Shown piece by piece: positions 1 through 9,437 of a DNA stretch of 39,971 nt. Positions within the stretch are counted from its first letter, which is position 1; each line of letters begins with the position of its first letter. Origin of the DNA: Methanothrix sp. GTDB lineage: Archaea > Halobacteriota > Methanosarcinia > Methanotrichales > Methanotrichaceae. Below the pieces are notes generated by a model, which saw only the letters and a program-made list of their open reading frames with translations, did not search any database and was not told the origin of the DNA. The position numbers and the translations under genes were made by a program. Location: the NCBI GenBank assembly GCA_040770465.1, contig JAXGJB010000024.1, positions 1 through 39,971 of the forward strand. The letters run 5' to 3'.

Positions 1-1196
1 TCCCCCCGCTCCGCCGCCTTCCTCAGGACCTTCGTCGGCTCGGCGAAGATCTTGTTGACGATGGAGTGGCTCATGTCCATCAGAACCCGCTCCTCGATCT
101 CGCCCAGGGTGTGGCGGGCCCCGAGCTTGTTCATCGCCTTGGTGCACTCCTGGGCCTTGATCTCCTCGGCCTGGAAGTAGATCCTCCCCAAAAGCTCCTC
201 CGCCCTCCTCCTCTTGTACTTGGCCCGGAGGAGGGCCAGCTCCTCGGCGATGATCAATTCAGCCTTCTCCATCTCCGCCATCCGCAGCCTCATGTTCTCG
301 GCGCTTATCTCCCGGAGGGCGTCGATGTTCCGAAGCTCCACGCCGGGGATCTCGCCAACATCCTCGTCGATGTCCCGGGGGTTTGCGATGTCGATCATTA
401 GAAGCGTCCCCTTCACCCTTCTCGCCATAACCTCCTCCAGGTCGTCCCGCCTCAGGATGTAGTGGGGGGCGGAGGTGGCGCTGATCACAAGATCCGATGT
501 CCCTATCATCTCCTTCATCCGATCGAAGGGGATCGCCTCGGCACCAAGGCCGGCGGCAAGAGAGAGGGCCCGCCCGAAGGTCCTGTTGGTGACGCGAAGC
601 TCGCCGATGTCTCGTGAGAGCAGCGCCTTCGAGATCAGCTCCCCGGTATCCCCGGCCCCGATCACCAGGACCGACTTTCCTTCAAGGCTGCCCAGAATCT
701 CCTCGGCGAGGTCGACGGCCGCAGAGCCCACCGAGATCGACCTCTCGTTGATACTCGTCTCGCGACGGACCCGTTTTCCCACCTGAATCGCCTTCTTGAA
801 GGCGACGTCCAGGGTCCAGCCGGTGGTGCCAGCCTCCTTCGCCATCGAGTAGAGGTCCTTCATCTGGCCGAGGATCTGGTCTTCGCCGATGATCATCGAC
901 TCCAGCCCCGAGGCGAGGCGGAGGAGGTGGCTGAGCGACTCGTCATGATTGTGAAAATCGATGATTCGCGAGGATATCCGCGCCTTCTTCGCCAGCTCGA
1001 AGAGGACCTTCTCGCCCCGTTGCGATACGACGTAGATCTCGACCCGGTTGCAGGTCTTGAGGACGGCGCACTCCTCCACCATCCCGTGGGACGATATCCA
1101 GGAGAGGAGCGCCTCCAGGTCGCCGTGCCAGGCCCGCTCAATCTCGTCGATCTTCGCCTTCCGGTGGGTCACCAGCATCGAGGCTATCTCGCTCAT
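1..1196 (-). CDS. hemA: Glutamyl-tRNA reductase (3' end runs off the window)
   Basis: Manual translation from ATG at 1196: MSEIASMLVTHRKAKIDEIE...LKTCNRVEIY (catalytic TCNR), GLESMIIGEDQILGQ, IGAGDTG NADPH motif, and HSIVNKIFAEPTKVLR near base 1. Not in the ORF track because the stop lies outside the window. Confidence 0.95.
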   Translation of the reverse strand, partial: MSEIASMLVTHRKAKIDEIERAWHGDLEALLSWISSHGMVEECAVLKTCNRVEIYVVSQRGEKVLFELAKKARISSRIIDFHNHDESLSHLLRLASGLESMIIGEDQILGQMKDLYSMAKEAGTTGWTLDVAFKKAIQVGKRVRRETSINERSISVGSAAVDLAEEILGSLEGKSVLVIGAGDTGELISKALLSRDIGELRVTNRTFGRALSLAAGLGAEAIPFDRMKEMIGTSDLVISATSAPHYILRRDDLEEVMARRVKGTLLMIDIANPRDIDEDVGEIPGVELRNIDALREISAENMRLRMAEMEKAELIIAEELALLRAKYKRRRAEELLGRIYFQAEEIKAQECTKAMNKLGARHTLGEIEERVLMDMSHSIVNKIFAEPTKVLRKAAERG

Positions 1197-1827
1197 CGAG
1201 AGGGAGATGTTCTCCGGCCCTCATATAGGCCTTTTCGTATGACTCCCCCAGGAGCCTCCACACCTCCTCGTCGGAGATGATCTCCTCGATAATCCTCTTC
1301 CTCTCCGCCTGGTCAGAAACCCGCTCCTTAATGACACCCCTCATCTCCCCCAAAAGGCAGGCCATCCCGGCGTACCCCTCGTCCAGAACCTCCTCGAACC
1401 GTTCGCGAAGGCGTTTGGAGAGGGCGGGGCTCTCGCCGAAGGTAGATATGGCGACGATTACGGGATCTCTTTTGATCACCGAGGGGACGACCACCTCCCC
1501 GACGCCGTCGACCCTGTTCACCAGAACCCCCATCTCTGCGGCTTTCACTTCCAGGTCGGCGTTCAGGGTCTGACTGCTGGTGGCGGGGATGGCGATGAAG
1601 GCGTCCCGGAGAAGGTCTTCGGCTCCGGAGGGGAGACCGACCTCGACCAGCTCGACGGCACCCTCCTCCGCCATCTTATGAAGGCCGGGGGTGAACTCGA
1701 GGCTTGCCACCGTCACCCTGGCATATTGAGAGAAGAGCCGCGCCTTCCTCTCGCCGACCGCCCCGCCGCCGAAGATTACCACCTTTCTCCCGGAGAGATC
1801 CAGTAGGAGGGGGAGGTGGCTCTTCAG
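1138..1827 (-). CDS. sirC: Precorrin-2 dehydrogenase (SirC / CysG N-terminal type); probable CTG start at 1827
   Basis: LPLLLDLSGRKVVIFGGGAVGERK Rossmann motif, VNRVD, IVAISTFGESPALSKRLR. The ORF-track N-terminal extension to 1926 lies inside ahbB. The 3' end overlaps hemA by 59 nt. Confidence 0.88.
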   Translation of the reverse strand: MKSHLPLLLDLSGRKVVIFGGGAVGERKARLFSQYARVTVASLEFTPGLHKMAEEGAVELVEVGLPSGAEDLLRDAFIAIPATSSQTLNADLEVKAAEMGVLVNRVDGVGEVVVPSVIKRDPVIVAISTFGESPALSKRLRERFEEVLDEGYAGMACLLGEMRGVIKERVSDQAERKRIIEEIISDEEVWRLLGESYEKAYMRAGEHLPLDERDSLDAGDPPEGEDRRD

Positions 1828-2294
1828 ATCCTTGCCCCCGTCTTCTTGAACTCCCTCTCGCTGAATAGGACCTGGTAGTCGGATATCCCCACTTTTCGGG
1901 ATATCTCGGCGGCTACCCTCCGGCACTCCTCCCGTGAGGGGGAGTGGACGACGGTATAGAGGTTGAAGGGCCAGCTCGGCCTTGAGGGGCGCTCGTAGCA
2001 GTGGGTGACCTCGTTGAAGGAGGCCATGATGGGTCCGACCCGCTCGACGTCATCCGGCGGGACGCGCCAGACGATCATGGCGTTGGCGACGATCCCAAGA
2101 GCCCTGTGGCCTATGGTGGCAGAAAACCTCCTGATCACCTCCACCTCCAGAAGGGCCGCGAGCCTCTCTATCACTTCGTCCTCTCCGATGGAGAGCCTTG
2201 TGCCCAACGCCCCGTAGGGCCTGGCGGTGAGAGAAATCCCCTCCTGGGCGGCCCTGATGAGGGCGAGGTCCAGATCGTCTATCTCCCCGGTCGT
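1824..2294 (-). CDS. ahbB: Siroheme decarboxylase beta subunit (AhbB/NirH, Lrp/AsnC-like); start uncertain
   Basis: HRALGIVANAMIVWRV, VTHCYERPSRPSWPFNLYTVVH and EFKKTG motifs. The frame continues upstream of the TTG at 2207 as EIDDLDLALIRAAQEGISLTARPYGAL (HTH), up to an ACG at 2294 behind GGAGGTGA. Confidence 0.85.
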   Translation of the reverse strand, partial: TTGEIDDLDLALIRAAQEGISLTARPYGALGTRLSIGEDEVIERLAALLEVEVIRRFSATIGHRALGIVANAMIVWRVPPDDVERVGPIMASFNEVTHCYERPSRPSWPFNLYTVVHSPSREECRRVAAEISRKVGISDYQVLFSEREFKKTGARI

Positions 2295-2340
2295 CTCATC
2301 ACCTCCTTAAATTCGCTCCCATTTTTCGGTCCGTTAAAAT

Positions 2341-4647
2341 TCACTTCCATCCGTCGGGGTCGCCGAAGGGGTACCGGTCCGTCCCCTTCGTCGGGACCGA
2401 TTTTGGATCGGACCCCGGATTCCCCTCGACCGCATGGTCGCTCCAGTAGTTTCCGCCGACCTCTGGGCCGGCATCCCACTCGTTGTTGCCGTTGTCGACG
2501 GCGTTCTGAGGCAGCATCAGGTTTCCGTTGTCGACGAAGTTGTTGTGATACACTCTCCACCCGCTAGAGTCGATGAGGCTCGCACCGCCCAGACCGTTTT
2601 GGATGAAGGAGTTTCCAGTGACCTTCCCGTCCCGTGAGAAGCTGATCCTGAGGCCGTACCGGCTGTTTCGGGTCAGTTTGTTCCCCTCGATCTTCGCCCC
2701 CTCGACGGACTGGAGGAAGAGCCCGTCCCCGTTATCCGCGGCGATGTTTCCTGCGATCGTCGGCTCCGAGAGCTGGTCCATGGCGAGGCCCGACTCCTCG
2801 TTTCCGGAAAGATTGCATCTGATCACCATAGCCCCGTCACAGCCCGAGGCGCTGATCCCCTGACGGTTATCAGCAGCCCGGTTCATGTTCAGAAGGCAGT
2901 TCGGAGATCTCGTCAGCCTGACCCCATCCTCTTTGTTCCGTCTCGCCTCGGACTGGAGGATTGAGCAGGATGAGGAGTTTGTGAGGCGTATCCCGGCCAG
3001 CCCCTCCGAGGCGTTCGACCCCTTCACCGTCGTCGCCGCCGAGTCCCGTACCTCAAAGCCCGCCTCAGAAGACCCCCGGGAAGTGCAGCCGACTAGATCG
3101 TCGCCGGTGCCCGCCTGGACCGAGAAGCCGACGGTGCAGTTTTTGGCCCTGCTCCCCTCGACCCTGCAGTCTCTGGTCAAAAGCATCCGCACGCCGACCT
3201 CGTCTCCTGAGAGGGTGAGGTTCTGGGCTGCGCAGCCCGCAGAGTTGACGATGAGGGCTCCCGCGCTGTTGTTGGAGAGGACGAGGTCTTTTGCGGTGAC
3301 GTTATCGCAGCCCACCAGGGCTAGAAAGCCGCATTCTCCCGAAACCAGGAGGTCTCGCCCGTCAGTTATGTAGCAGAAGGGCTTCTCGTCGATGGTGTTG
3401 GACGAATCGGCGTCCTGGCGGAAGGGGCCGTCGTCCGGGTAGGATGGGTCCTCCCCGTCCACCCTGACGGCTTGGTGGTTGAGATCGAACCGGTTTGCCC
3501 TGAGAACGTTCTGCCCCGATCCGAGGATCGACAGCCCCAGGTCGTTTCGAAGGAACTGGTTCTCTATGATGGAGTTTCCGGCGGAACCCGACTTCAGCGT
3601 CAGACCTCCGCCGTTCTCGACGAAGAGGTTTCCGGAGATCTCGTTATTCTCCGACCCCTCCAGCAGGATCCCGTCAGCCTCGTTTCCGTCCAGGCGGTTT
3701 TGGCCCACCAGGTCGTCGGTCGAGTCCTTCAGCCTGATTCCGATGTTGCATCCCATCACTGAATTATTGACCGCCGAGCTGTTATTCGAGCCGTGGAGGA
3801 GGATGGCAGCGATCCCCGCCCCCGAGACGACGTTATCGAGGATCTCGCCATCTTCCGACCCAGAGATGACGATCCCCATCTCCGTTGATGAGAGGTTGTT
3901 TCCTACGATGAAACTACCGTCGGAGTTTGTGATCTCGATCCCCCTCCTGGTGATGAAGCCGGTGTCGTTGACGGCGCATCCGCTGGAGTCTGAGATCAGC
4001 GCGCCGGTGTCCCCCGAGATTGTGCAGTTGGAGATGACAGACCCTGGAGACCCCACCGCTTCCACACCCAGGGTGGACCTGATCTCTGTCCCCCTGACGG
4101 CGCAGCCTGATCCGTTCTGGAGCCGAACTCCGACGGAGCACCCCTCGATCGCCGATTCGAGGACCTGGTTGTTGGAAGAGGCTGAAAGAACCCCCGTCGA
4201 AAAGTCCCTTATGGCGCAGCCCTGGATGGTGTTTCCGGAAGATTTCAGCTCGATGCCGGTTCCCTCTCCGGTGCCCCCTCCAGAGCCCCTGATCTCAAGG
4301 CCGGTGACGGCAAAGCCGGACGCCACCACCACAAACCCTCCCTCGAGGGTCACAGAGCCCTGGTCGCTGGCGATGGAGATCGGCAGCCGGATGGGGATCG
4401 CCCCCTCTCTGTAGTATCCGGGACGGACCAGGATCTCATCGCCGGTCTTTGCAGCGTTGACGGCCTTACCTATCGTCGAATAATCCCCGCTCCCGCTCTG
4501 GTCGACGACCAGCGTCTCGGCCTGGGCCCCCATGAGGAAGACGCCGAATAGAAAGAGCAGGATCAAGATCCAGAACTTCTCCGTAACGATACCCCCAATC
4601 CAGTACGGAATTCCTTTCTTATGGGGGATAGATAATTCTATCCCCAC
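2341..4647 (-). CDS. Secreted parallel beta-helix (NosD/pectin-lyase-like repeat) cell-surface protein
   Basis: Hydrophobic signal ending GAQA, TLVVDQSGSGDYSTIGKAVNAAKTGDEILVRPGYY N-terminal motif, many GIxLxxSxxNxIxxN repeats, C-terminal GGNYWSD...DRYP typical of methanogen NosD-family proteins. Confidence 0.85.
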   Translation of the reverse strand: MGIELSIPHKKGIPYWIGGIVTEKFWILILLFLFGVFLMGAQAETLVVDQSGSGDYSTIGKAVNAAKTGDEILVRPGYYREGAIPIRLPISIASDQGSVTLEGGFVVVASGFAVTGLEIRGSGGGTGEGTGIELKSSGNTIQGCAIRDFSTGVLSASSNNQVLESAIEGCSVGVRLQNGSGCAVRGTEIRSTLGVEAVGSPGSVISNCTISGDTGALISDSSGCAVNDTGFITRRGIEITNSDGSFIVGNNLSSTEMGIVISGSEDGEILDNVVSGAGIAAILLHGSNNSSAVNNSVMGCNIGIRLKDSTDDLVGQNRLDGNEADGILLEGSENNEISGNLFVENGGGLTLKSGSAGNSIIENQFLRNDLGLSILGSGQNVLRANRFDLNHQAVRVDGEDPSYPDDGPFRQDADSSNTIDEKPFCYITDGRDLLVSGECGFLALVGCDNVTAKDLVLSNNSAGALIVNSAGCAAQNLTLSGDEVGVRMLLTRDCRVEGSRAKNCTVGFSVQAGTGDDLVGCTSRGSSEAGFEVRDSAATTVKGSNASEGLAGIRLTNSSSCSILQSEARRNKEDGVRLTRSPNCLLNMNRAADNRQGISASGCDGAMVIRCNLSGNEESGLAMDQLSEPTIAGNIAADNGDGLFLQSVEGAKIEGNKLTRNSRYGLRISFSRDGKVTGNSFIQNGLGGASLIDSSGWRVYHNNFVDNGNLMLPQNAVDNGNNEWDAGPEVGGNYWSDHAVEGNPGSDPKSVPTKGTDRYPFGDPDGWK

Positions 4648-4754
4648 CGCTCAGGAAATCAGCTCTGCCAATCCTTCCTCATTTTGACGAACGGGAAGAT
4701 ACTAATCGGAGTAGATCGATAAAATTGCGAGATGATATCGATTGGTGAGCCGGG

Positions 4755-6053
4755 ATGACCGAACCTTACCGCATCCTGATCGTCGAGGACGACCCCAACG
4801 ACGTCGAGCTGATCCTCCTCGGCTTCTCGAAGCACGACGAGTTCTTCGTCGACGTCGCCTCCACCGGGGAGGAGGGGCTACAGATGGCCTCAGGAACCCG
4901 CTACGACCTGGTCTCGGTGGACTATGCCCTTCCCGGAATGAGCGGCATCGACGTCCTGGAGGAGATCCGAAAGGCAGACCAGGACGTCCCCGTGGTCATG
5001 GTCACGGGGCGCGGGACCGAGGAGCTGCAGGTGGTGGCCTTCGAGAAGGCGGCGACGAGCTACGTCATGAAGAGCGTCGACAGCTTCCGGAGCCTCCCCA
5101 CCATCTTCGAGGCGCTGATCAGCGAATCGAGGTTCAGGTCCCAGGAGCGCCGGATGAAGAGAGAGATGGAACGGTCCGAGGCGGTGAGCAGATCCATCCT
5201 GGAGAACTCGCCGACGGGGATCTACGTCCTCCAGAACGGCTGCTTCAAGATGGTCAACTCCAAGTTCGCGGAGATCTTCGGCTGCGACAAGGAAGATCTA
5301 ATCGGCGAGCACTTCTGGAGCCTGGCAGAGCCCGAGAGCTTCGAGTGCGTAAACGTCGTTGAAGAGGAGGCAGACCTCGAAGTCGAGGAGAGTCCCGGCA
5401 AAGATGAAGGCTCCGAAGGGCCGATCTTCAACGAGTTCTGGATCACCAGGAGGGACGGATCGAAACGGTGGGTCGAGGCGAGGATCGCGCCTCTGGACTA
5501 CCAGGAAGAGAGGTGGGTCCTCGGAAATCTTGTGGACGTCACCGAGAGGAAGGAGGGGGAGATGGAGCTTTTGACGGAGAAGAGGAGGCTTTTGGTCCTA
5601 CACTCCCTCGCCCTGAAGGCGATCGATTTTAGAGGGGAGACCGACGACCTCTTGAAAGAGGCCCTCTCCGAGCTCTTGGCCGGGCCTGAAGGTTTCGAGG
5701 TGGGGGGCGTCTTCCTCCTCGAAGGGGGCCGGCTGGTCCTCCGGGGCCTCTCAGGACCCCTCGAATATCTGATGAGCTTTCTAGACCAGGTCGACCCCGA
5801 GGGGCTCTTGGACGGGGCCAGAGCGAATAAAGCGATCGATTTTAGCAGACCTATCTTCTGGGCTTCGGCGCCCTTCTCTTGCGGCGATGGGAGCCGGGGG
5901 GTTCTGATTCTGGGGCGGGAGAGGGAGATCGAGCCGGATCTTCTAGAGTTCGTAAAAGAGCTAGCCCAGCACTTCGGGAAGATGGTGGAGGTCTTCGAGC
6001 GATTGAGGGCAGCCACCGAGATCGGCGAAAAGAAGTTCGAAGATCAAGACTAG
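4755..6053 (+). CDS. Response regulator: receiver + PAS + degenerate GAF-like domain
   Basis: RILIVEDD, LVSVDYALPGMSGIDVL (phospho-Asp), VVMVTG, YVMK; PAS motifs ILENSPTGIY...VNSKFAEIFG and TRRDGSKRWVE...DVTERK. No H-box or HATPase domain seen. Confidence 0.85.
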   Translation: MTEPYRILIVEDDPNDVELILLGFSKHDEFFVDVASTGEEGLQMASGTRYDLVSVDYALPGMSGIDVLEEIRKADQDVPVVMVTGRGTEELQVVAFEKAATSYVMKSVDSFRSLPTIFEALISESRFRSQERRMKREMERSEAVSRSILENSPTGIYVLQNGCFKMVNSKFAEIFGCDKEDLIGEHFWSLAEPESFECVNVVEEEADLEVEESPGKDEGSEGPIFNEFWITRRDGSKRWVEARIAPLDYQEERWVLGNLVDVTERKEGEMELLTEKRRLLVLHSLALKAIDFRGETDDLLKEALSELLAGPEGFEVGGVFLLEGGRLVLRGLSGPLEYLMSFLDQVDPEGLLDGARANKAIDFSRPIFWASAPFSCGDGSRGVLILGREREIEPDLLEFVKELAQHFGKMVEVFERLRAATEIGEKKFEDQD

Positions 6054-6658
6054 AGCCGTCTCCAGATGAGGAGGATCCTCTGGAAGGCGGTGATGTGGCT
6101 TGCCGCGGTGATGAGGACGACGGCCCACCCCAGGATCGAGAGGGTCGCCAGATCCGATGGGAAGAGGGCGGTGGCGACGGTGGCGGCTAAGATGAGGACC
6201 AGCCGGTCGGCCCGCCCCATGATCCCGCCGTAGAGGCGGCCAAGCCTCAAGGCTTGGGCCTGGGTCCCCAGGTAGCTTGTGAGGAGGACCCCCATGACGG
6301 CGAAGATCCCCACCGCCTCCGAGACGTAGCCCGCAAAGACGATCCCGGCCAGGATCGCCATGTCGGCGTACCGATCGATGACGTGATCGAGGAAGTCGCC
6401 TTTCGCCTCGGCCTGTCCCGTCATCCGGGCGAGGGTGCCGTCGACGGCGTCGAAGACGGCGTTCAAGAGGACCATCAGGGCTGCCAGGTAGAGGAGGGAT
6501 GAGTCCGCTGCCGATAGATAGTAGAACCCCCCCGCGGCGAGGGCGAAGATCATGGACAGGATGGAGATTAGGTTGGGGGACGCTCCGGCCGCCATCGCCA
6601 CCGCCGCCAGGGGCTCGGTCACCGCCAGCGACTTCGATCTCAGGTCATCGAGGGTCAA
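6050..6658 (-). CDS. CDP-alcohol phosphatidyltransferase (archaetidylinositol-phosphate synthase-like)
   Basis: SPNLIS and DAVDGTLARMTG...GDFLDHVIDRYAD signature; multiple TM segments. Confidence 0.9.
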   Translation of the reverse strand: MTLDDLRSKSLAVTEPLAAVAMAAGASPNLISILSMIFALAAGGFYYLSAADSSLLYLAALMVLLNAVFDAVDGTLARMTGQAEAKGDFLDHVIDRYADMAILAGIVFAGYVSEAVGIFAVMGVLLTSYLGTQAQALRLGRLYGGIMGRADRLVLILAATVATALFPSDLATLSILGWAVVLITAASHITAFQRILLIWRRL

Positions 6659-7169
6659 ACTCCATCTCTCCAGTCCAGTCTATATCTCCAGGCAATAGAT
6701 CGATCTCCCGCCGCAGTATCTTCGCCACCAGGTCGGCCGACTCCTGAGGCGAACGCCCGGTGGTGTCGATCTCGCTCACCCGGTCGCACCACTCGGCCGC
6801 CTCCACCAGGATGACGTCCAGGAATTCCGCCTCCAGGTTCTCCCGGATCTTCTTCTCGGTGTAGCCCCGCAGGGCGAGCCGCTCTCTGAGGACTTTTGGG
6901 CGTGTCCGGAGGACGATCGCCTCGGTGGCGAAGTGGTGGGAGAAGTGCCCTTCCAGGACGACGATCTCGTCGTCCTCCTCGGGGGCCAGATCCTCCAGCC
7001 TCTCGGCCAGGGCGTCGACGTCGGCTACCAGGCAGCCCCGATCCTCATCTCTGCCCAGGGAAAGCCCCTCGTCCCTGACGACGGCGTTTAGGTCGATGAC
7101 CCTGAAGGGGAGGAGGCCAGCGACCGCCGTCTTCCCGGTTCCGGGGGTCCCGGTCAGAGCGATCCGCAT
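6645..7169 (-). CDS. Archaeal AK6/Fap7-type adenylate kinase
   Basis: RIALTGTPGTGKT P-loop, LEGHFSH (hhhhEGH motif), RGYTEKKIRENLEAE. Confidence 0.9.
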   Translation of the reverse strand: MRIALTGTPGTGKTAVAGLLPFRVIDLNAVVRDEGLSLGRDEDRGCLVADVDALAERLEDLAPEEDDEIVVLEGHFSHHFATEAIVLRTRPKVLRERLALRGYTEKKIRENLEAEFLDVILVEAAEWCDRVSEIDTTGRSPQESADLVAKILRREIDLLPGDIDWTGEMEFDPR

Positions 7170-8218
7170 ACATCACCGTAGGCTTCGAGGAACCGGTCGT
7201 TCTCCTCAGGGGTTCCCACCGTCACCCTGACGGCGTGATCGCCTGCCCCGCGGAAGGAGAAGCAGTCCCGGATGATGACCCCCTTTCTGAGCAACCGTTC
7301 TGCGAGCTTCCCCGAGGGCTCGTCGGTCTCCAGGTAGAGGAAGTTTCCTCCCGAGGGCCGGAATGCTGGGATCGCCTCCCTCAGCCGGTCCCTCTCCTCC
7401 CGGATGGCCTTCACCGACCTTCTCATGTGCTCGATGTCGCCCAAAGCCGCGATCCCCGCCGCCACCGATGGCGTTGTGACGCCGAAGAAGGGAGGGGCCG
7501 CCCTCCTGTACTCCTTTGCGATCCAGTCGGGGGCGACTGCGTAGCCGAGCCTCATCCCGGCGAGGCCGAAGGCCTTCGAGGTCGTCCTTCCCACCACCAG
7601 GTTCTCGTACTCGGCCGCCATGGCGAGGAAGTTCTGGTCGCTGAACTCGGCGTAGGCCTCGTCGAGGAAGACGATGCCCTCGGTCGTCTCGACGATCGAT
7701 CGGAGGTCGTCCTCAGCTATCAGGTCGCCGGTGGGGTTGTTCGGCGAGCAGATGAAGACGATCTTCACCCCCTTCGGCAAATCCGTCGGCACCTCGAAGC
7801 TCTCACCCCGCCGGACGAAGATCGGGTCGGCTCCGGCCGTCACCGTCAGGATCTCGTAGTAGCTGAAGGTGGGGGTGTAGATGAGGGTTCTGTCGCCGGG
7901 GTCGAGGAATAGGCGGGTTAAGGTGTCCATGACGCCGTCCATCCCCGCCCCGATGAGGACGTTCTCCGGCCCCGTCCCGGCGTAATCCGCCAGGGCGTCG
8001 ATGAGCCGCTCGGGCTCGGGGTACCTCTCGGGCCGGACCGAACCGATCGCCTCGAAGACCTTCGGACTGGGACCGTAGGGGTTCTCGTTACTCCCAAGCT
8101 TAACGATCTCGTCGGGCAAAAGGCCGTACTTTGCCGCGATCTCACTGATCCCCTTGCCGGCGACGTAGGGCTTCAGCCGCCCCAGGCAGGCTCTAAGGTT
8201 TCTGGAGTATCTCTGCAA
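7154..8218 (-). CDS. hisC: Histidinol-phosphate aminotransferase
   Basis: KLGSNENPYG, CSPNNPTG, DEAYAEF, RTTSKAFGLAGMRLGY (PLP lysine), VRVTVGTPEEN. Confidence 0.88.
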   Translation of the reverse strand: MQRYSRNLRACLGRLKPYVAGKGISEIAAKYGLLPDEIVKLGSNENPYGPSPKVFEAIGSVRPERYPEPERLIDALADYAGTGPENVLIGAGMDGVMDTLTRLFLDPGDRTLIYTPTFSYYEILTVTAGADPIFVRRGESFEVPTDLPKGVKIVFICSPNNPTGDLIAEDDLRSIVETTEGIVFLDEAYAEFSDQNFLAMAAEYENLVVGRTTSKAFGLAGMRLGYAVAPDWIAKEYRRAAPPFFGVTTPSVAAGIAALGDIEHMRRSVKAIREERDRLREAIPAFRPSGGNFLYLETDEPSGKLAERLLRKGVIIRDCFSFRGAGDHAVRVTVGTPEENDRFLEAYGDVCGSL

Positions 8219-9407
8219 GCACCTTCACCACGCGGTCGATCTCCTCAGTTCCCACCACCAGGGGCGGGACCATCCTCAGTACGTGGTCGCTTGTGGCGTT
8301 GAGGAGGACGCCCCGCTCCCGAGCCTGGTTTACGATCTCGGGGCAGTTTGCCGCAAGCTCGACGCCGACCATCAGCCCCAGGCCCCTGACGTCCAAAGCG
8401 TCGATCTCCTCTGAAAGCCGGGACCGCAGGTACGCGCCCATCTTCTCCGAACGCTCCACGAGCTTCTCGCTTTTGATCGCCCCGATGGAGGCGAGGGCCG
8501 CCGCCGAGACCAACGGGCCGCCGCCGAAGGTGGAGGCGTGGTCGCCCTTCTGGAAGACGTCGGAGACCGACTCTGCCGCCATCATCGCGCCCATGGGGAG
8601 GCCGCCGGCGATCCCCTTGGCGAGGGTCATGACGTCGGGCATCACCCCGCTGTGCTCTTTTCCAAACCATCTGCCCGTTCGGCCGAAGCCGGTCTGAACC
8701 TCGTCGAGCACGAGCAGAGCGCCGCAGTCGTCGCAGATCTGGCGGGCCGCCCTCAGGTACTCGGGCTTGGGGACGTTGACGCCGCCCTCGCCCTGGACCG
8801 GCTCCAGTATGACGGCCGAGGTCTCTTTCGAGACCGCCGCAGCCAGCGACTCGGGGTCGTCGTAGGGAACGAACTTCGCCTCGTTGAGGGGACGGAAAGG
8901 CTCCCTGTACATCAGCTTGTAGGTCGCTCCCAACGACCCCAGGGTTCTTCCGTGGAAGGAGTGGACGGCGGCGACGATCTCCGACCTAGCCGTCGCCCGA
9001 CGGGCGAGCTTCAGGGCGGCCTCGACGCTCTCAGCACCGGAGTTGCAGAAGAAGGCTCTATCCATCCCGGTGAGGGTCTTCAGCTCCTCGGCGAGGAAGA
9101 CCTGGTTTTCGGTGTAGTAGAGGTTCGAGGTGTGGATCAATTCCTTCGCCTGCCGAGCGATCGCCTCGACGACGGCGGGGTGGCAGTGGCCTACGGTGTT
9201 GACGGCGACCCCGGCGACGAAGTCGATGTACTCCTTTCCTGCGGCGTCCCAGACCCGGGCCCCAGCTCCACGAACCAGGAGGATAGGCTGGCGGGTGTAG
9301 GTCTGGATCACCGACTCCCGCTCCAGCTCCACGATCCGGGCGGTCCTATCATTGCCCGAGAGATCGGATTCGGATCCGGACATTTTTGTCTCCATTTTCA
9401 TTTTCAT
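8193..9407 (-). CDS. argD: Acetylornithine aminotransferase (class III PLP); exact start among several ATGs uncertain
   Basis: YIDFVAGVAVNTVGHCHP, FFCNSGAESVEAALKLAR, SFHGRTLG, LEPVQGEGGV, DEVQTGFGRTG, TLAKGIAGG, HASTFGG. Confidence 0.92.
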   Translation of the reverse strand: MKMKMETKMSGSESDLSGNDRTARIVELERESVIQTYTRQPILLVRGAGARVWDAAGKEYIDFVAGVAVNTVGHCHPAVVEAIARQAKELIHTSNLYYTENQVFLAEELKTLTGMDRAFFCNSGAESVEAALKLARRATARSEIVAAVHSFHGRTLGSLGATYKLMYREPFRPLNEAKFVPYDDPESLAAAVSKETSAVILEPVQGEGGVNVPKPEYLRAARQICDDCGALLVLDEVQTGFGRTGRWFGKEHSGVMPDVMTLAKGIAGGLPMGAMMAAESVSDVFQKGDHASTFGGGPLVSAAALASIGAIKSEKLVERSEKMGAYLRSRLSEEIDALDVRGLGLMVGVELAANCPEIVNQARERGVLLNATSDHVLRMVPPLVVGTEEIDRVVKVLAEILQKP

Positions 9408-9437
9408 CTTTTCATCTTCTCATCGTCTCTTTATTGG

